From: an uncultured Acidobacteriota bacterium
GTDB lineage: Bacteria; Actinomycetota; Acidimicrobiia; Spongiisociales; ZC4RG35
DNA length: 64,000 bases
Direction: 5' to 3'
Assembly: GCA_963828465.1 (NCBI GenBank)
Contig: CAWHEU010000020.1
Span: 128,001-192,000 of the forward strand
Shown: positions 61,670 through 64,000 of the stretch, one piece after another
How the letters are laid out: every line of letters starts with the position of its first letter
How positions within the stretch are numbered: position 1 is the stretch's first letter
Notes under the pieces: generated by a model
What the model saw: the letters and a program-made list of their open reading frames with translations, nothing else
Databases searched by the model: none
Told to the model about the DNA's origin: nothing
Made by a program: the position numbers and the translations under genes

Positions 61670-63553
61670 ATGGCACCTCCTAAGAAGCGCGGCAAGCGCT
61701 ACCTCCTCATGATGTCGGTCGGCGCCCTGGGAATCGTCTATGGCGACATCGGGACCAGCCCTCTCTACGCCTTCCGGGAGTCATTCCACGCCGCCGAAGG
61801 CATGCCCGTCGACCGCCCAAGCGTCCTCGGTGTCCTCTCCCTCATGTTCTGGGCCCTGGTCCTCGTTGTATCGGTCAAGTACCTGATCTTCGTGATGCGA
61901 GCGGACAACCATGGGGAAGGAGGGATCCTGGCGCTCACGGCCCTCATCGTCCCTCGTCGCAAGACCCCGACGGTGGGGTTGCGGTGGGCCTTGATACTCC
62001 TCGGTCTCTTCGGAACCGCCCTTCTCTATGGGGACGGGATCATCACGCCGGCAATCTCGGTGCTCTCCGCGGTCGAAGGCCTCGAGATCGTCGAGCCCGA
62101 TTTGGAGTCGTATGTCGTCCCGATCGCCGTGGTCATTCTCATTGCGCTATTCAGCATCCAGCGCGCCGGGACCGCGGTCGTCGGAGCCATCTTCGGCCCG
62201 GTCATGATCGTCTGGTTCACGGTGCTCGCCGTTCTCGGCGGCTTCCACGTGATCCAGGACCCGGCGGTGCTTGCTGCGATCAACCCGGCTCACGGCGCGC
62301 ATCTCGTCGCCACCACTCCGCGTCTCGCGTTTCTTGCCCTGGGATCGATCTTCCTGGTCGTTACCGGAGCGGAGGCCCTGTACGCCGACATGGGGCACTT
62401 CGGCAAGCGCCCGATCCGTTTCGGCTGGTACATCGTCGTGTTCCCCGCTCTGCTCCTCAACTACTTCGGCCAGGGGGCAATGCTCATCGCCGACCCCGGA
62501 GCCATCGACAACCCGTTCTTCCGCATGCCGCCGGAGTGGGCAGTGCTGCCATTGGTGATCCTGGCGACGATGGCCACCGTGATCGCCTCCCAGGCGCTCA
62601 TCTCGGGGGCCTACTCGCTCACCATGCAGGCCGTCCAGCTCGGCTACCTGCCCCGTTTCGACATCGATCACACCTCGCCCAGGGAGGTCGGTCAGATCTA
62701 CATCGCCACCGTCAACTGGGGCTTGATGGTCGCCTGCGTCGGGCTGGTCCTCGCCTTTCGCAGCTCGAGCAACCTCGCCGCGGCGTACGGCGTTGCCGTC
62801 ACCACGACGATGGTCATCACGACCATCCTCCTCTACTTCGTGATGCGGGAACGTTGGCAATGGTCCGCGGCGGTTGCCGGTTCGCTTACTGCCCTCTTCC
62901 TCATCGTCGACCTTGCCTTCTTCTCGGCCAACGTCGTGAAGATTCCCGCCGGGGGTTGGTTCCCACTCGTCGTCGGTGCCGCGATCTTCACCGTGATGAC
63001 CACGTGGAAGACCGGACGACGCAGGCTCACTGCCGCCCTGAAGAGGGGTGAGCTGCCGATCGAACGCTTCATCGGCTCCATCACTCTCCATCCCCAACTC
63101 CGCGTCCCCGGCACAGCCGTCCACCTGTTCCCCGACCCGGGCATCACGCCTCCGGCGCTTCTAGCCAACCTGCGGCACAACGAGGTGCTCCACGAGACTG
63201 TTGTTCTGGTGGCGGTGCAGACATCGTCGGTCCCCCGCGTCCCTCAGGTGCGCAGGTCGACGGTCCACGACCTCGGCGAGGGATTCGTCCAGGTCGTGCT
63301 CCATTTCGGGTTCATGGACGAGCCCGACGTCCCCAAGGCGCTGGCCAACATCGTCGACCCGGAGTTCGGGTTCGACCCGGATGACTCCACCTTCTTCATA
63401 GGGCGGGAGACGATCATCAACAGTGGCAAGGGCATCGGCCGGGCGAGGGCGGCCCTCTACGCCCTGATGCATCGCAACGCCTCGAGCCCGGTCCAGTTCT
63501 TCAGCCTTCCCCCCGGTCAGGTGATCGAGATCGGGAAGCAAGTGGCGTTGTGA
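61670..63553 (+). CDS. kup: Potassium transporter Kup
   Basis: YGDIGTSPLY, GEGG, TGAEALYADMGHF. Confidence 0.96.
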   Translation: MAPPKKRGKRYLLMMSVGALGIVYGDIGTSPLYAFRESFHAAEGMPVDRPSVLGVLSLMFWALVLVVSVKYLIFVMRADNHGEGGILALTALIVPRRKTPTVGLRWALILLGLFGTALLYGDGIITPAISVLSAVEGLEIVEPDLESYVVPIAVVILIALFSIQRAGTAVVGAIFGPVMIVWFTVLAVLGGFHVIQDPAVLAAINPAHGAHLVATTPRLAFLALGSIFLVVTGAEALYADMGHFGKRPIRFGWYIVVFPALLLNYFGQGAMLIADPGAIDNPFFRMPPEWAVLPLVILATMATVIASQALISGAYSLTMQAVQLGYLPRFDIDHTSPREVGQIYIATVNWGLMVACVGLVLAFRSSSNLAAAYGVAVTTTMVITTILLYFVMRERWQWSAAVAGSLTALFLIVDLAFFSANVVKIPAGGWFPLVVGAAIFTVMTTWKTGRRRLTAALKRGELPIERFIGSITLHPQLRVPGTAVHLFPDPGITPPALLANLRHNEVLHETVVLVAVQTSSVPRVPQVRRSTVHDLGEGFVQVVLHFGFMDEPDVPKALANIVDPEFGFDPDDSTFFIGRETIINSGKGIGRARAALYALMHRNASSPVQFFSLPPGQVIEIGKQVAL

Positions 63554-63614
63554 GCCGGCACCCGTACGCTGGTTCTGTCCGGGATTCGGACTCCCGAGTT
63601 TGAGGGGGCGCCCC

Positions 63615-64000
63615 ATGAGGGTTTTCAGAGCATCGATTCTCATCCTGGCTGTGGCACTGGTGGCGTGTGGGGGTGACGGTGGGACAGACACGACCCTGGC
63701 CCAGACCACCACCACCGTCGTCGAGGACAATGCCGGGACGGTCGACTTCGCCGACATGCCCCAGGAATGCATCGACGCCTTGGTCGGATATCTCCGGGCC
63801 ATCGAGCCGGCCGTGGAGGATGTCGACTTCGAGACGACCACAGGCGAGGACCTCGAAGCCATGGGAACCGAACTGGAAGGTCTGTCCGAGGAGTACACGA
63901 CGGCGATCCAAGATCTCGACTGCCCTGATCCTTCCGGCAGCGACGAGGAAGCCTTCGCCGCGATCATCGAGTTGGCCGAGCAGGAGGCACCGGGCACGGT
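63615..64000 (+). CDS. Hypothetical lipoprotein, 3'-truncated by the window
   Basis: MRVFRASILILAVALVACGG lipobox, Thr-rich then acidic; open to the window end. Confidence 0.75.
   Translation, partial: MRVFRASILILAVALVACGGDGGTDTTLAQTTTTVVEDNAGTVDFADMPQECIDALVGYLRAIEPAVEDVDFETTTGEDLEAMGTELEGLSEEYTTAIQDLDCPDPSGSDEEAFAAIIELAEQEAPGT

Overview
High-GC core-genome window spanning the replication origin of an actinobacterium; gene content and Thr-rich lipoproteins suggest Acidimicrobiia (inference). It holds dnaA-oriC-dnaN-recF-DUF721-gyrB-gyrA-DUF3566, rpmH-rnpA-yidD-yidC-jag-rsmG-parA-parB with two parS sites, fhaA-fhaB-pstP-rodA-pbpA-pknB-crgA, pseudokinase-ECF sigma-anti-sigma-trxB-trxA-cwlM, cca-argG-argH, secDF, panB, rpsF-ssb-rpsR-rplI-dnaB, ppa and kup, plus five tRNAs and the SRP RNA. 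I saw no mobile element, prophage or CRISPR array. The most notable points are: a ~272-nt Bacillus-type SRP RNA with an Alu domain; a family of intergenic heptamer-repeat hairpins; a GNAT / deacetylase / degenerate-PilT trio where murJ normally lies; an apparently inverted tRNA-Ile segment carrying an unannotated 39-aa ORF; an SLH-collagen surface protein; and several candidate operators. At least five reading-frame breaks (including gyrA and argH) look like sequencing or assembly indels.
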